DNA of 64,000 nucleotides. Origin: Bugula neritina (Eukaryota; Animalia; Bryozoa). Position 1 is the stretch's first letter. Each line of letters begins with the position of its first letter. Under the pieces are notes generated by a model. That model was not told the origin of the DNA and did not search any database. It worked only from the letters and a program-made list of their open reading frames with translations. A program made the translations under genes and the position numbers. Shown piece by piece: positions 51,581 through 64,000 of the stretch. The stretch spans positions 20,352,628 through 20,416,627 of the forward strand of contig OZ037767.1 in NCBI GenBank assembly GCA_964035545.1, in the 5' to 3' direction.

Positions 51581-53247
51581 ATGGAGATTCTAAAAGATAT
51601 TTACTATTTCAGTATTGCTTTATTGCTAACGATATGCATATTCTTATTGCCTTTCTGCATCTACTTCTTGATTAGGAAGATTGGCGCCATAGACAGCTTT
51701 GTATACTCGTAAGTTGATTTAAGTATTTTTGACATCATTGAATTTAATAGGTTTTATTGACCATTTTTATAGTATTTATTTAAAAAACAATAATTATTTA
51801 CAGTAGATAGATGCTGCATTAAAAGTTGGAATTTTGCAATAGTCATTAGTGACATTAAGAAAAGCAACACAGGGGTAGGGAAGGGGGCTAAGGCTTAAAC
51901 CATGCTAGCCACATGGTCTGAGGACTTTTAATGTACGTAGCTCTTAGGATTATTAATTGTGACCAGATGCTCTTCCTGACATCACCAAGAACTATAGGGC
52001 ATGAACCCAGTGTGTCAACATAGGCTTGCTAGGCTATGCCTGCTCTTCCCATCTATTAATGTAATAATTATATTATATAGCTTTAAAATTATAACCTTTC
52101 AATTCTCTATTGCTGTATGCCTTAGCTGTAAAAATTTACTAGTTATTAAGCAAACATGCAACATTGCAAATTCAGCTGAGCAGATATAAACTAAGTTGAA
52201 ATAATATTTTTTAGATGGACAAGTCGTAGATCAGCAGCGGTGGAAGAAAATGAGGTGGTGGAGAAAGAGGACCATAAGTTTTATGAAAGAGGAAAAAATG
52301 AAAGAGGAAAAGTTATCGGATCCAGTGAGAAAGAACCTATTGAGGTGAAAACGAGAGAGGGAGATAACGGTCTGAGTGAAGCTTCTGAATTGAAGAATGA
52401 AAGAAAACTCGCTCTAGAAGGAGCAGTCGAAATGAGAGAAAGTGGAAATGGAGATTTAAAATTAAATGAGCTAGTTGAAAAAGCAAAAACAAACCATGGA
52501 ATTGAGAAGAAAATTGGTGAAGAAGAAAACAAAATAGAGCGAGGAGATGGGCCAGCTGCTGAGAAAGAAAAACCCAAGCGAGAAGAAAGCAATAAGTTAT
52601 ATATGATCAAAGGAGAAATTGATGAAAATAAGGAAGTCGAGGGGAAAAATAAGGCTTTAGACATAAAGAAAATCGGACCGGTGAAGGAGAGCAGTGAGAA
52701 AAATGACGAGAGAATAATGGTAAAAATAGAAAATGCTAATGAGATGAAGCAGGATAACGGAGAAGCGTTTGGGAATGTAAGCAAAGAAGAGCTACCAGAA
52801 AATGGGCCAATTAAACAAGCAGAACCTGAACAAAAAGAAACTTGTGAAAACATGGCTGGAGATAACAAAGCTCTTGGAGTGAAAGGCGAGGAAGGTGGCA
52901 AAGTGGTAAAGGACAATGAACCTGGTTTGGTAGAAGGGAACAGAGTTGAAGCAGATGGAAAGAAAGTCACCACTAATGGATATAGTGATGGTGAGTTAGT
53001 GTTTAAAATAGATACCTAAATAAAAGTTTACTGCCTTTATTTGGTATCTGAAGGTTAAATAGTATCTTGTTGTATAATTAATGTTTGGCCTGTGCTGTAT
53101 GAAATATGACGTACTACAAGCAACACTGACAATTCTATCTGTGTTGTAGGAGAAAGAGTAGCAAGAGAAAGCAACTCCACAAGAAGAAGAGTTTTGAAAT
53201 TCTTGCAATCTGTCTGCTGCTGCTGCTGTGTGCAGGAGAATGACTAA
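51581..53247 (+). CDS. Uncharacterised 333-aa protein: N-terminal TM helix, Glu/Lys-rich disordered linker, C-terminal basic + Cys5 motif. Exons 51581-51708, 52215-52990, 53150-53247
   Basis: CAAAATG start; TC|gtaagt...ttttag|A (phase 2); G|gtgagt...ttgtag|GA (phase 1); single open frame; AATAAA at 53334. Confidence 0.8.
51945..52050 (-). mobile_element. Diverged second SINE copy in reverse orientation, in intron 1 of the TM gene
   Basis: Reverse complement reads ttggtgatgtcaggaagagcatctggtcacaatt, matching the core at about 50071-50104. Confidence 0.6.
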
Positions 53248-55404
53248 CAATTTTATTCTGCGTCTTTATTCTGCAGTGAATCTATATTATATCTTTTTTT
53301 GTCAATATATAAAATTATCAAACATTTTAGCATAATAAAATGCTTATTTTGTTATTAAATGCTTTCATTGGTTTAAACAGTAGTTCCACTTGAAAAAGCA
53401 TTCTCTCTATCTAGAATGAAGGATTAATGATAGCAAAGCTTAATTTACCTATCTCTGCTTATTAACCAGGGACCCATATATGCTGTGTTATAGTGAATAA
53501 AGATCGTATTCCAAACCTTCATAACAAAGTAGTACATAGCATGTAAAAAAATACAAATTGAATAAAACAAATTCAACATTCGGCATGAAATATAATATGG
53601 AGAAATTATGAAATATAAGACAATATTAAATATCATAAAGCACCATACTAACAAATAGTTATATAAAATGTTATTGAAAAATAATTCTTCTAATCTTTTT
53701 ACAATTGCTTTATTCTAATAGTAACATGAGTGATTGAATGATAAAAGAGCTATCATTGTAGCTGTCCAAATCTCTCTGACTTGGGTTATTTGAAGGCTCA
53801 TTAGAGTAACTACTAAAAGTTGATAATATTTGAATTAGGAGTTGTCATTTCTTATCATCATCAATTCTAGAGAGAAGATAACCAACAAAAGCTAGCTTAA
53901 TGGATTGCCAAATAATATCTCAAGTATATGCTTAGTTAGTTGACAGTCCAGGTAGCATTACATACACGAACGTTGCCTTGGATTTCAATGACCTTAGGAA
54001 AGTCACGTGCCTTACAACTGCTTATAACTATAACAATATTAACTACATCACCATGTCAAAAATAATTTGCAATACTTTTCTTCGAATACCTCTATAGTCT
54101 ATAGCTTCGAGATTTCCACTAACAAGCAGTGCACAGCCTTGGTGTCTTCCGTCAGCAGTAAGCTTCACTAGGAAAAGGTATACACAAGTCAATAAAAGGC
54201 ATCACTATTTTTTATGTGGAAGTAGACACACGCGCACAGACACAAACACACGCGCACGCATGAACACAAACGCGCATGCACACACACAACTACATTGTGA
54301 TTAGCAAGAGAGTTAATTTTTTTATATATACAGTCATGCAATAATTAGTTGTGTTACTTGACTTGTGTGGCTATTTTTAGATACGCTGACTTTATCAGTT
54401 ATCAACAAGTACTCTTTGCTGACACAATTGTGTATAAAACACAGCACTCTCTTCTACTAAGAAGTATTAGTGTATCCACTGCATCAGCCTATAGTTTGAC
54501 TACAGACCAGGTATCTTTATACTGTAAGAGAGAATCTGTACAATACCTGAATAGTAAATGTGTCGACAGTTTGAAGCTATATATTATCAACATGCACTGC
54601 TGTTTACATTAAATTTGGTAGCGGATGGGGGGGGGTAGGTAGGTGCCCATACTTCTTTAGAGGTACGGAGACAGGAGAACCTGTAGCCACACTTTGATTG
54701 AATTTAATTGTAAAACTACCTGAAGATTTCAATAAGACTCTCTTATTTGGTAAAGTTTGACCAGTTAAATAGTGTTGTGACAAGTCTAAATATCATGGCA
54801 AATCTAAAAGCCTGTGTTCTAAACTAATTTATAGATTTTTAAGCTTGTTAGCTTATAGGATGATATATCTATTCTACACACACTAGTAGCTGTGAATAAT
54901 CCCAAGAAGAGCTGGTGCTATCTCATCTGCAAATTAAGTTTGTGCAATAAAATGAATAAATAGTACTAGTTCGCTAGTTGTTTGTTTATAGCTGGGACTG
55001 AGCTACATTTGAGTTGTATATGCTAAAAACTAATGGCACTTTAGCTAGTTATTTTATAATTCAACAGCCTAGCATTTTGGGGTCATTCTTCTAAAATTAT
55101 TAGACATGTTGGGGTTATTAGACTTGAAGTACTGGCATGTTGCCAAGACATATTATAACAAAATTTGTGTTCTTCTTTGTAACTTCTTACTGATATTGTA
55201 TGTAGTATTAACTTGAAACCAAAGCATTCAACAATTTATAACTGCAGTTTTCAAATTACTATATTCCTAAAATTAAATGAGAATAAACTGACATGGGATT
55301 CTTAAAACTAAATGTTGATAAATTTGATTCACTAAAGTAATAGGTGTTCAAAATCCAAGTCTACTTTCTCATTGTCAACAATGGACTTCAGAAAGTTGTC
55401 ATGA

Positions 55405-55990
55405 AACAAGGTCACAAATTTATATCACAGATGTCACATGTGTCATATGTATTACCTACATATTTCATAGGTATAACAGGCGATATCACAGATGTCACTG
55501 ATATCATATGTGTCACCTAAGTCACAGATATGACAGGTAGTATTTGTGACATCTGTGATATCACCTGTTATACCTGTGACATAGGTGTCATAAATATCAA
55601 AGGTTATACCTGTGACACAGATATATAACAGGTGTAACAAGTTAAAAACATAAGCTAGGTAAGCAAGCTAAAAAGTTAATTGGTGGTAACTCTTGCTGCT
55701 ACAGAGAATATGTAATATTTGTGTATGTAGCAATAAATGTCAGATGGTATCAAAGGTATAACAGGTGAAATTTGTGGCACATATGATATCACCTGTTACA
55801 CCTGTGACATTATAGGTGTTACAGGTGTCAGAGATATCACATGTTATGCATGTGACACGTGTGTCATAGGTATAACATGTGTAACAGGTTAAGAACATAA
55901 GCTTATAGGTAAGCATGCAAGACAAAAAGTTAAGGTGGTAACTCTCACAGCTACAGAGAATGTGTAATATTTATGTATATAGCAACAATG
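55405..55990. repeat. Degenerate tgtcac/tgtgac repeat arranged as an approximately 250-bp tandem duplication
   Basis: Block gttaa.aacataagct...ggtggtaactct...gctacagagaat.tgtaatattt.tgtat.tagcaa occurs at about 55641-55735 and 55888-55986. Confidence 0.75.
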
Positions 55991-57161
55991 GCAACAATAG
56001 CCAATCAATTAACCAAGACAGCATGAATTTCAACATCTGGGACAATAAATATCAAATAGCAATAACTAAAATAATAATACAATTGCCACCAGTAAGCCCA
56101 AGACTTTAGGTGTAGAGATAAGGATGGAGAAGCTGAAGTAAGATACTTTGAGTCTAGAGATATGTGGTATGACACTCTCAGATATGTAGATATGGGCTCA
56201 TTTGCTGGTAATATTCCACAATGCTGAGCAAATCTCATGAAACCCTTTTTAGATGAGTCATGAAATCCTAGTTGTTCAGAAGCACAATGAGCCACAAGTT
56301 CAAGTGGTAATGCAGTGGGTAGCACATACTGCTTAGAGTCATGCTGTTCCAGGAAGTAGGTTTGTTTATAGATACCAAAGGATCTACGTGTACGTGTACG
56401 AGCTATTAACTTGCTTCTTTGAAATCTGGCACTCGACAAATCCATGCAGTAATAAATTATAAATTCATTCTGATTAATCCGCTCAAAGCGTGTCTGGCGT
56501 ATCATGAAAATCATGGTACAGAGCTGAATCAGCCAGTGGTTTATGTGCCAGAAACAACCGATTTCCTGGCAAAGCTTTTTTAATGTCTTATAAAAATAAT
56601 AAAGAGTGATGATCAACACGGAAATGACATAACTTCTAGAGCTGAGATGATTATGGTAAGCACAAATGTGAAATTAAGAGAGTTAGTGTAGCAGCTATAA
56701 TGACAGTTTTTATGTGAGAGTTGATAAAATTAGTGTGGGTTTAGATTCAGTGAGTTTGCTCTTTTTGAATATGACGAATCATTGGAGAAAAATGTGGGGA
56801 AAAGATGATTTATTAACCCAATCAATGGACTGTTACCCAAACCTATCATCAAATTGAAAACAATCTGCATATAAAACTGCGACAAACAAAACCAATTATT
56901 CAAATGGTAAGTATTTAAATAGTTTATTGTAACATTCATAATATAACAATGTGTTCAAGTCAAGCCATTAAACCTAGCAGTAGAACTTGACACGAATTGG
57001 CACCAAGGAATCAAACTATACATATAAAAATAAAATATAGAGCAACAAAACTAGGACAAGATAATGTCCAAAGGTGAGCACCACCAGACTGTGCTTGTCA
57101 CAGAAGCACTGTGTTGTAGCTGGCTGCGTTTGAAGTTAGACTAAGTTTCAAAATCACAGTC

Positions 57162-59063
57162 TTATTCGCTGGTGCAGGTGTCCAAGAATTTGACGTGTCG
57201 AGCGTATCTGCACCTGCAGAAGACTCTATCGAACAGTTGCCCTTCGGGGCAGGGCTTGAGGTTGAGGTTGTCGATTCTAGCCGTATGTGCCTCCGAGTTG
57301 TGTCTAGTATCATAACTCTTACAGACATTGTCTAGCACCACAGTGATTTTTAGGTGGTTGTTGACTCCTGAAACCATAACAAGTCACTATGAGCTACATA
57401 ACATTAACTATTCAATCAGACTTAAGTCATCATATACTCAACACCAAAGCTGGTTATGACTTTACTGTAAGCTACAACTCAGCGTTTTTACTCAAGTTCA
57501 TTGTGTGCATTGTTAAATTTTATCTTTTTGAGATAGGAACCATGGATTTAAATAAACAAAACTGCTATTTCAGTAAATATAATAAAAGTCCAGTTATTGT
57601 CAACAAAAACTATGCTCATTTGCTTCAGCGAATCTTTTAAAGCAGGAAACTATTAAAGATTATTGAGTGCCAACCTAAACATTATTTGTTAATCTGCCGT
57701 AAATCCAAAATTATTGCTGTAATAGCTTATACTTAGGTTTAGTCATAGGTTTTACTTAAAAGTTAAACCTCTAGAGTTAGTATCATTAAATCCTGAGTTA
57801 TTTTTTGATGCACGATGAACATTTTCTCAAATGTAGCAGCCATGTGAAGTGTTTTAATTACTGGCTATCACTAAAAAGAGTAGAACATGATAATTATATA
57901 CAATTAAAAGTAACAGAAATTATTTACCATCATTTGGAGAGCATTGTTTAATTTGAACATGTTGAGATTGCTCAGCCATCTTATGTCCACCATCATTGTT
58001 GGCGTCTGTAGGCATGAAGCTGTTGCCATTGTTATTTCCATTATTAGAGCCTTGGTTGAAGTTACCATTGTTACTACCGCCATTGTTGTTTCCATTATTT
58101 ACTCCGCTGTTACCTTGCCCATTGTTGTTTCCAGTGTTGTTCTCTCCATTACCATTAGAAGATCCTCTTGTTTGAGGCTCAAAATTCTTCTCTTCAGTGG
58201 CAGGCGACTCTGATATAGGTTCCTCGAATACTGTCTCCACTTCTGGTTCTATGGGCCTCACTGGTGGCAAATTCATGCCGCTGTTGTGGTTGTTGTCGTT
58301 AATGCTGTTGTCGTTATTATTGTTGTGGTTGTTGCCATTGTTGTTGTTATTGTTGTTGTTGTTGCTGTTCTGGTTGTTGTTGTGGTTGCTGTTGGGCTCT
58401 TGATGGTTATTGCCACCATTGTTAAAATTCATGTTGTTTTGGCCGTTATTGTTGCCATTGTTGCTACCATGATTAAAGTTGCCTACAAGATCAGGAGAGC
58501 AAATTTTTAACCTATAAAAAATTCCACAATGTTTATAGGCTACATTCATATACCAACTTATCATTTCTGAAAATTAACTGAGTAATAATGACTTGACTGA
58601 GTATTAGCGTAGTTCACTTACCATTGTTGTTGCCGCCATTGTTATTTCCATTGCAATCTCCTATGTTTCCATTGCCGTTATTTGCTCCGCTGTTGTGTCT
58701 GCCATTTCCACACCCATTTCCTTCAGACACCGAGTTTTGTCCAACTGATGCTGACTGTGGTTCTGGTGCTGGCTGTGGTTTAGGAGTTGGATGTGGCTTT
58801 GGAGCTGGTGTAGGAGCTGGAGAAACAGGAACATGGTTTACTTTGCTGCGTTGAGAGTGGTGGTCAATTGCTTTTCCCCTTTGTGAGTTCTTTAAGTCTG
58901 TGGCCAGATCTACTAAGTATTCTCCCAGCTCAGCGTCTGGTTGGTGGGCTTGTTCATTATTCAATTGTATCTCACCGTTTGGTCCAGATATGGAGGCTGA
59001 GAGAGATATGCTGGTCAATGCCATCAAGGCAACGAGCACTAACAACAGCTTTGTGCAGGCCAT
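57162..59063 (-). CDS. Secreted Asn/Gly-rich protein (about 400 aa) with a Pro-rich linker and a C-terminal peritrophin-A/CBM14-like domain. Exons 59063-58622, 58482-57928, 57367-57162
   Basis: Signal peptide MACTKLLLVLVALMALTSISLSA; GNNNG repeats; phase-1 GT-AG introns; CPEGQLFD..FCRC..V....C; AATAAA on the minus strand at 56928-56923. Confidence 0.85.
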
Positions 59064-60725
59064 TTCGTCTAAAAAGTTGATAAACCATTTATGAGGAAAT
59101 CTTTTCACATGTAGGCTTCTGTAGCACTAAATATTTTATGACAAGGAGATTTGAGCAATGTTTGCATACTCACTATTCAGAATACTAATTTTTAGTTATT
59201 CTAAAAACACATAATTATTCTCCAAGAGACACAGATATAATATAAAAATAAAGTGACACTGAACTGACGAAATGTATATAATAAAAAGTTTGTCAGTGCT
59301 ATGATGTTACAAAGTTTAACTCTTGGCAGGTAAATAATTATTTCTGTCTGAGAAAAATTGTTGGTAAAAGTCAATGAATGACATGAAACTACCTTCTGGT
59401 CAATTTGACAAATAGTGGTTATACTCAGCTGCCTTGGAATATAATCATAGAATCAAAATGCATTCAAAGTAAAAGAGCCTTGAGTAATATTCGGTAGCAA
59501 AAGAAATGGAGTATTTACCTTTATCAGGGAGTAAAAGTGTCTTGTCTATAAGATGTTATGAGGTTCCAGCCACACCACTAGTACTGAACTGTTGTATTCT
59601 CTACTGTCCTCATGTTTAAATAGTTTTTCTTTCACTAATGAACAGGCTATAGGCACCTACATGTTGGTTTGTGCCACCTCGGGCTGAGTCACCATGGCAA
59701 CCGTGGAGTAACACATGACTGCTTGTTGAGAAGGTAAAATATTACCTAATGAATAAACACACTAGAAACACTCCTACGCACTCATGAATGAAATATGGCA
59801 AATTTAGAGTGAACCTAATGTCAGATTTGATGAAGGCACTCTTCCTGTTACGTAGATAGCAAAATAAACTTGCTACGTTCAAGTTATCAACACAAGCAGG
59901 TCAACATACAAACAGTTATTGCAAAACTGTACATTATAGCCTTATTAGCAACTTTAAATAATGACTAAACATTAGACAGCAAAGGGGATGTTGAAAGACT
60001 CTTTAAAAAACTCAACTGAACAAGTTCATCTAGCGGGTTACGTGCCATGGAAGTTGACGAACTGATTTTTGTTCTATATTTTCTGAATTAGGCTTATTTT
60101 TACTTTTACCAATAGTTTTGTTTGATCAACTAAGTTTACGGAGTTTTTAGAATAATATACTTATAAAAAGCAGATTAAAGTTACTTCATTAGAAAGTTAA
60201 AGCAGCTTACTATATGAAGACTTATTCCTATATAAAAATCACGTACATAATGGTTGGTCTCAACTAAATTTAAAGAACTTTATTGGCTGGTGACTTTCAG
60301 AAAATATTTTCGTTTGACTTAGAAAGAAAGAATGTATCAAAAGGTAAATTAATTACATATGTTTTGCTGTACTATTTTATCAAAATATGTAACACTGTAG
60401 AAAATATATAGAACAGCACATTGCATTGTTTTTCAAGTGTAGGTGGGTGGTGCAAGTCATACTGCTATAAGTCTAATAACCTTTCCAACCTCAACATCTG
60501 TCCACAGGTTATTAATAGAACGGGATAGTAGTGTGAATGAAGACTTCCTATTTGCTAATCTAGTAGATTACGTTGAAGACTTCACGTCACAAGCCTATTC
60601 AAATTAAAATTCACTTTGCTTATGCATCACCAGATTTTTTAAAAATCCTGATTGGTAAGCAGTTATGTTTGGTGCCAGTAAGCACCAGTACCACCCCCAC
60701 CTGTGAGCTAGATCTATATTTACTC

Positions 60726-60815
60726 TGGCCACTGTTAATCACAAATATTAAAATAACAATTATACTGTGGCCACTGTTAATCACAAATATTAAAATAACA
60801 ATTATACTGTGGCCA
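60726..60815. repeat. 42-bp tandem duplication
   Basis: tggccactgttaatcacaaatattaaaataacaattatactg twice. Confidence 0.9.
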
Positions 60816-63800
60816 ACCTAGCATCAGTATCATCTTATGCACTACTTCTTTGAATAACAAAACTTAAAACATTTGGTATATGTTGTACTTGTTTTGTTTG
60901 GAATAAATTGGTCATCAATTCACAATACATTTAGTGGCATAAAGCAGCATGTTTATGTAACAGATATAAAAAAGTACAGAGTGTGGATATATGAGTTGAT
61001 CAAAAATTTTCTTATTAACATTTTTGAAAGCAGTTTTCATATTTAGCTTTAAAATTATTATATTTGAAAAAAAACTGGGCTTTTTAGAGATAGAAAAAAA
61101 TTCCAATCAAAAATTAACAGATAATGTATATTTATTGTTTATCAAATTATAACACCTTCATTCTCACGATTCTTAGGTACAGAATAGATTAAAAAGATTA
61201 TACAAAGTCAACAGACAATATTGTATTTTTATAAGGCCATCCCTAAACTAACTATCGCATGTATAAAAAAAAAACAATTATTACAGACACAACTTTTATA
61301 TCCTTAAAAAGAAGTAGTTGCATTCTCTTTAATGTTCTTTTAGCGACCCTAATTCACTTTACAGACAGCTTATCTGCAGTTTAAGTTTTCTGCATATTAA
61401 AGTCTTTATAATATCACGTTGATACTTCATACAGTTTATCATATTCATAACAGTAAGACATTACGTAGCAAATAACCTTGCATAATATAACTTTATATAG
61501 GCAAGGTTGAAGGAAAATACATTGGTGTAAATATAGCTATAGATAATTTTCAATGAGAAAGACTTGGATTATATGTTTTACAATGTACGTAAAATGGCAA
61601 TATTTATAAACATAGATTTAATTGCATTATATTGTTAGTTCAACTGTACAGATTATAGTTTTAAACCGGAAGCTCTGAAGTCAGTAATGCCTGTTAAAAC
61701 TAAACACAATTAATAGAGAACAAAATGGGAGGTTTATTTGTTTATAAAAAGGCCTTAGAATAAAATCGTTCATACAGCGGCTTTTCTTTCTTGCATCATT
61801 TCATAAAAAATAATATTGAGAATATAGACAAAAACATTGTGTAACTTTTTCAATCTCATCAAATTGAAATATGCTCAATAAAAAACAACTTTAATATATT
61901 AACCATTTTTTTTTATAAATTCCAAGAAGAAAATAGAATATATAAAATGCTGTTATTAATACGCTGGTAGCTAGTAAAAGTTGCGTTAGATAAACTATAA
62001 TAATCTCTTCAAAGTTGACAAATATATGAAAATATTGCGTACATTATTGCATTCTTATGTATTCGTGGAAGTTGTTAAAACTTCTTTACTCATCATAAGC
62101 TCTTTCCGGGCACAATAATCTTTCACCTAATTGGCTAAAATGTAGTATACGCAGGTTATTTTATATTACATTGTTACATCCGTTACACTATGCTACTGTT
62201 TATATACCTATGTCTTCTACCCTAATCAGTGAAGGTAGCTATAAATTAACTCCCTCAAACCAACTATGCATATTTCTTAAACGTGACTAAAATTTGTAGG
62301 ATTTAGAAAAATAATTTCACGTTTATTTACTTTATAAAATTTTTTTCTAAATCTTCCATATGTATCATTGCCAATTTTCTAAAAAATCAGAACAAGGAAA
62401 AATATATTTTCTTTATTATTAGATTTTTATTTGCACAGAAACATGCTTTGCTTAAGAGGATCCTTTGTTTGATTATATCTAGCCTGAAACCTAACTACCA
62501 AGTCTCAAACCAGAACTTTGGCATTCTGGTTGATCTCAACCGAAATCTCCCAATCTATATAAGCAAGAAACTAATATTAGCCAAGCAAGAAATGGCATAC
62601 CTTTTTATACTCTGAATGGTCAATATTGCTTTGTATTAGGCGACAGTATATATCTGAAGACTTTATAATAAAATATTGAGAGTTTTATACATGTATGTAT
62701 AATAATAATTAAACAAACTCTTAAAGCATCACAAAAACAAAATTGTTCCCTGATTAACTGTAAAACATGTACTCTTCATTTTAATAACTTTGTGAAATAA
62801 ACAAGCCGCATCACCTTTCACCATATTGCCACCTTGACTGATACTGTGGTATGCAGAAAATCTCAACAAAGCTATTATTCAATCTCATGAATAATATAAC
62901 TTTATGAATCATGTTAATAGCAGTTTATTACCTTCATTAACAAAGTTTCATCAGCATTACAGGTCATATCTTGGTTCAACTATATTTCATTCAAATAAAA
63001 ATAAATAGATGAGGAATCTATAGCTCAGTGGCCATTGTCTAGCTTGACGAGTGGTTCAGACTTTAAAAGGATTATTGAGACACTAGAAAACACATTCAAA
63101 CTGCTTCTATGATACTTTGAGACTCTTAAGCTATGCTCTCAGTTTGCTTTGAGCCAAAGTCTATAGACATGCTAAAACATAGGAAATATATGGAGATTAC
63201 TGAAAGTCCTGTAGCAAAACAAAGCTCTCAGGCTACCTTTTAAGAAAGGTGATTCAAAGCTATGATTATACTGAAAATCATACAAGAGGACTTTTGTTTG
63301 AAACAAAAATAGTTTTAGCGGCAAATGCTACTAAGTTATAAGCCGTTATCATCCGTCCATTAAGGAAGTGTGCAACTGGTTTGCATGGTGTGAAGAGTTG
63401 GCAGTAAAAGGAGGAAAGAGTAGATCTGCCCTAATCTCCAGATAAACTGTATTACACGCATGGAACTGGCACAGCCAATGGAAGTGCTTATGTTTTATAT
63501 TTAACTACCGGGATCTGAGTAAAAGCCAGAAATCTCTTCTGGTTTTTACTCAGATCAAGTAGCAGTACTCTGCCTGGTTTTGTTCTCCATCACATAATTA
63601 TGTTTATTCAAGTTGAGGACATTTTGCAGGGACAAAGTACATGCTGAGTAGCAAGTGTCCAGCTGCTGCCCAACCTCCACAGCTGCGGTCTTAAATTTAA
63701 GCACTGAAGTTATTTATCAAGTTTTGTGAACAATGGTGTTTGACAGGAATTTAGCACTGCTTGCTAGAAATGGTAAAATTTCTTGCAGAGTTGGGAATAG

Positions 63801-64000
63801 CCAGGGTCTGGTGTATTGTGGTAGCATTTCAGTTTCATATCATGTGAATGGCTGCCGTAGAACAGGATCTGAGTATATGTTTGAATTTGAAACTTTATGC
63901 ATAGAGCAGTGAGCATGAATGAATATTAAGATATTTGAGGTAAATTTATATAAAAGATATGCAGGAGAGCAGCGCTAAAGCAGCTGTTTTAGAATGTGCT

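Noticed and set aside
52281-52973. 230-aa Ser/Phe-rich minus-strand ORF
   Set aside because: Antisense shadow of the purine-rich Glu/Lys exon.
57944-58854. Plus-strand poly-Val, poly-Leu and Gly-rich ORFs
   Set aside because: Antisense shadows of the Asn/Gly-rich gene.
63020-63065. tRNA gene suggested by TAGCTCAGTGG (similar motif near 447)
   Set aside because: A-box only; no convincing B-box or cloverleaf. At most a SINE relic.

Overview
AT-rich, intron-rich genomic DNA from an invertebrate animal. A lophotrochozoan such as a bryozoan is my guess from gene content and minisatellite-packed introns; it is not established. Five protein-coding genes were reconstructed by hand from GT-AG sites and reading-frame phase: (1) the 3' part of a Wee1 kinase (+, 19-6733); (2) a soluble zf-3CxxC (RTP/ZAR1-type) zinc-finger gene (+, 8724-12371); (3) an ACK-family tyrosine kinase of the PR2/Ack-like type (-, core CDS 39428-13143), with candidate alternative starts and a series of frame-preserving microexons; (4) an unrecognised 333-aa protein with an N-terminal transmembrane helix, an acidic linker and a C-terminal basic/Cys5 motif (+, 51581-53247); (5) a secreted Asn/Gly-rich protein ending in a divergent chitin-binding-like domain (-, 59063-57162). 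Mobile DNA includes a Sola2-like deletion derivative, an RTE LINE fragment with a nested SINE, and MITE relics. The most striking structure is in Wee1: the exon/intron junction itself (18 exonic nt + GTAAGT + 3 nt) is amplified into a 27-bp array. This gives 106 identical, in-frame 5' splice sites, and the next intron carries a 20-bp array of repeated acceptor AGs. Most long ORFs in the supplied track are repeat artefacts.
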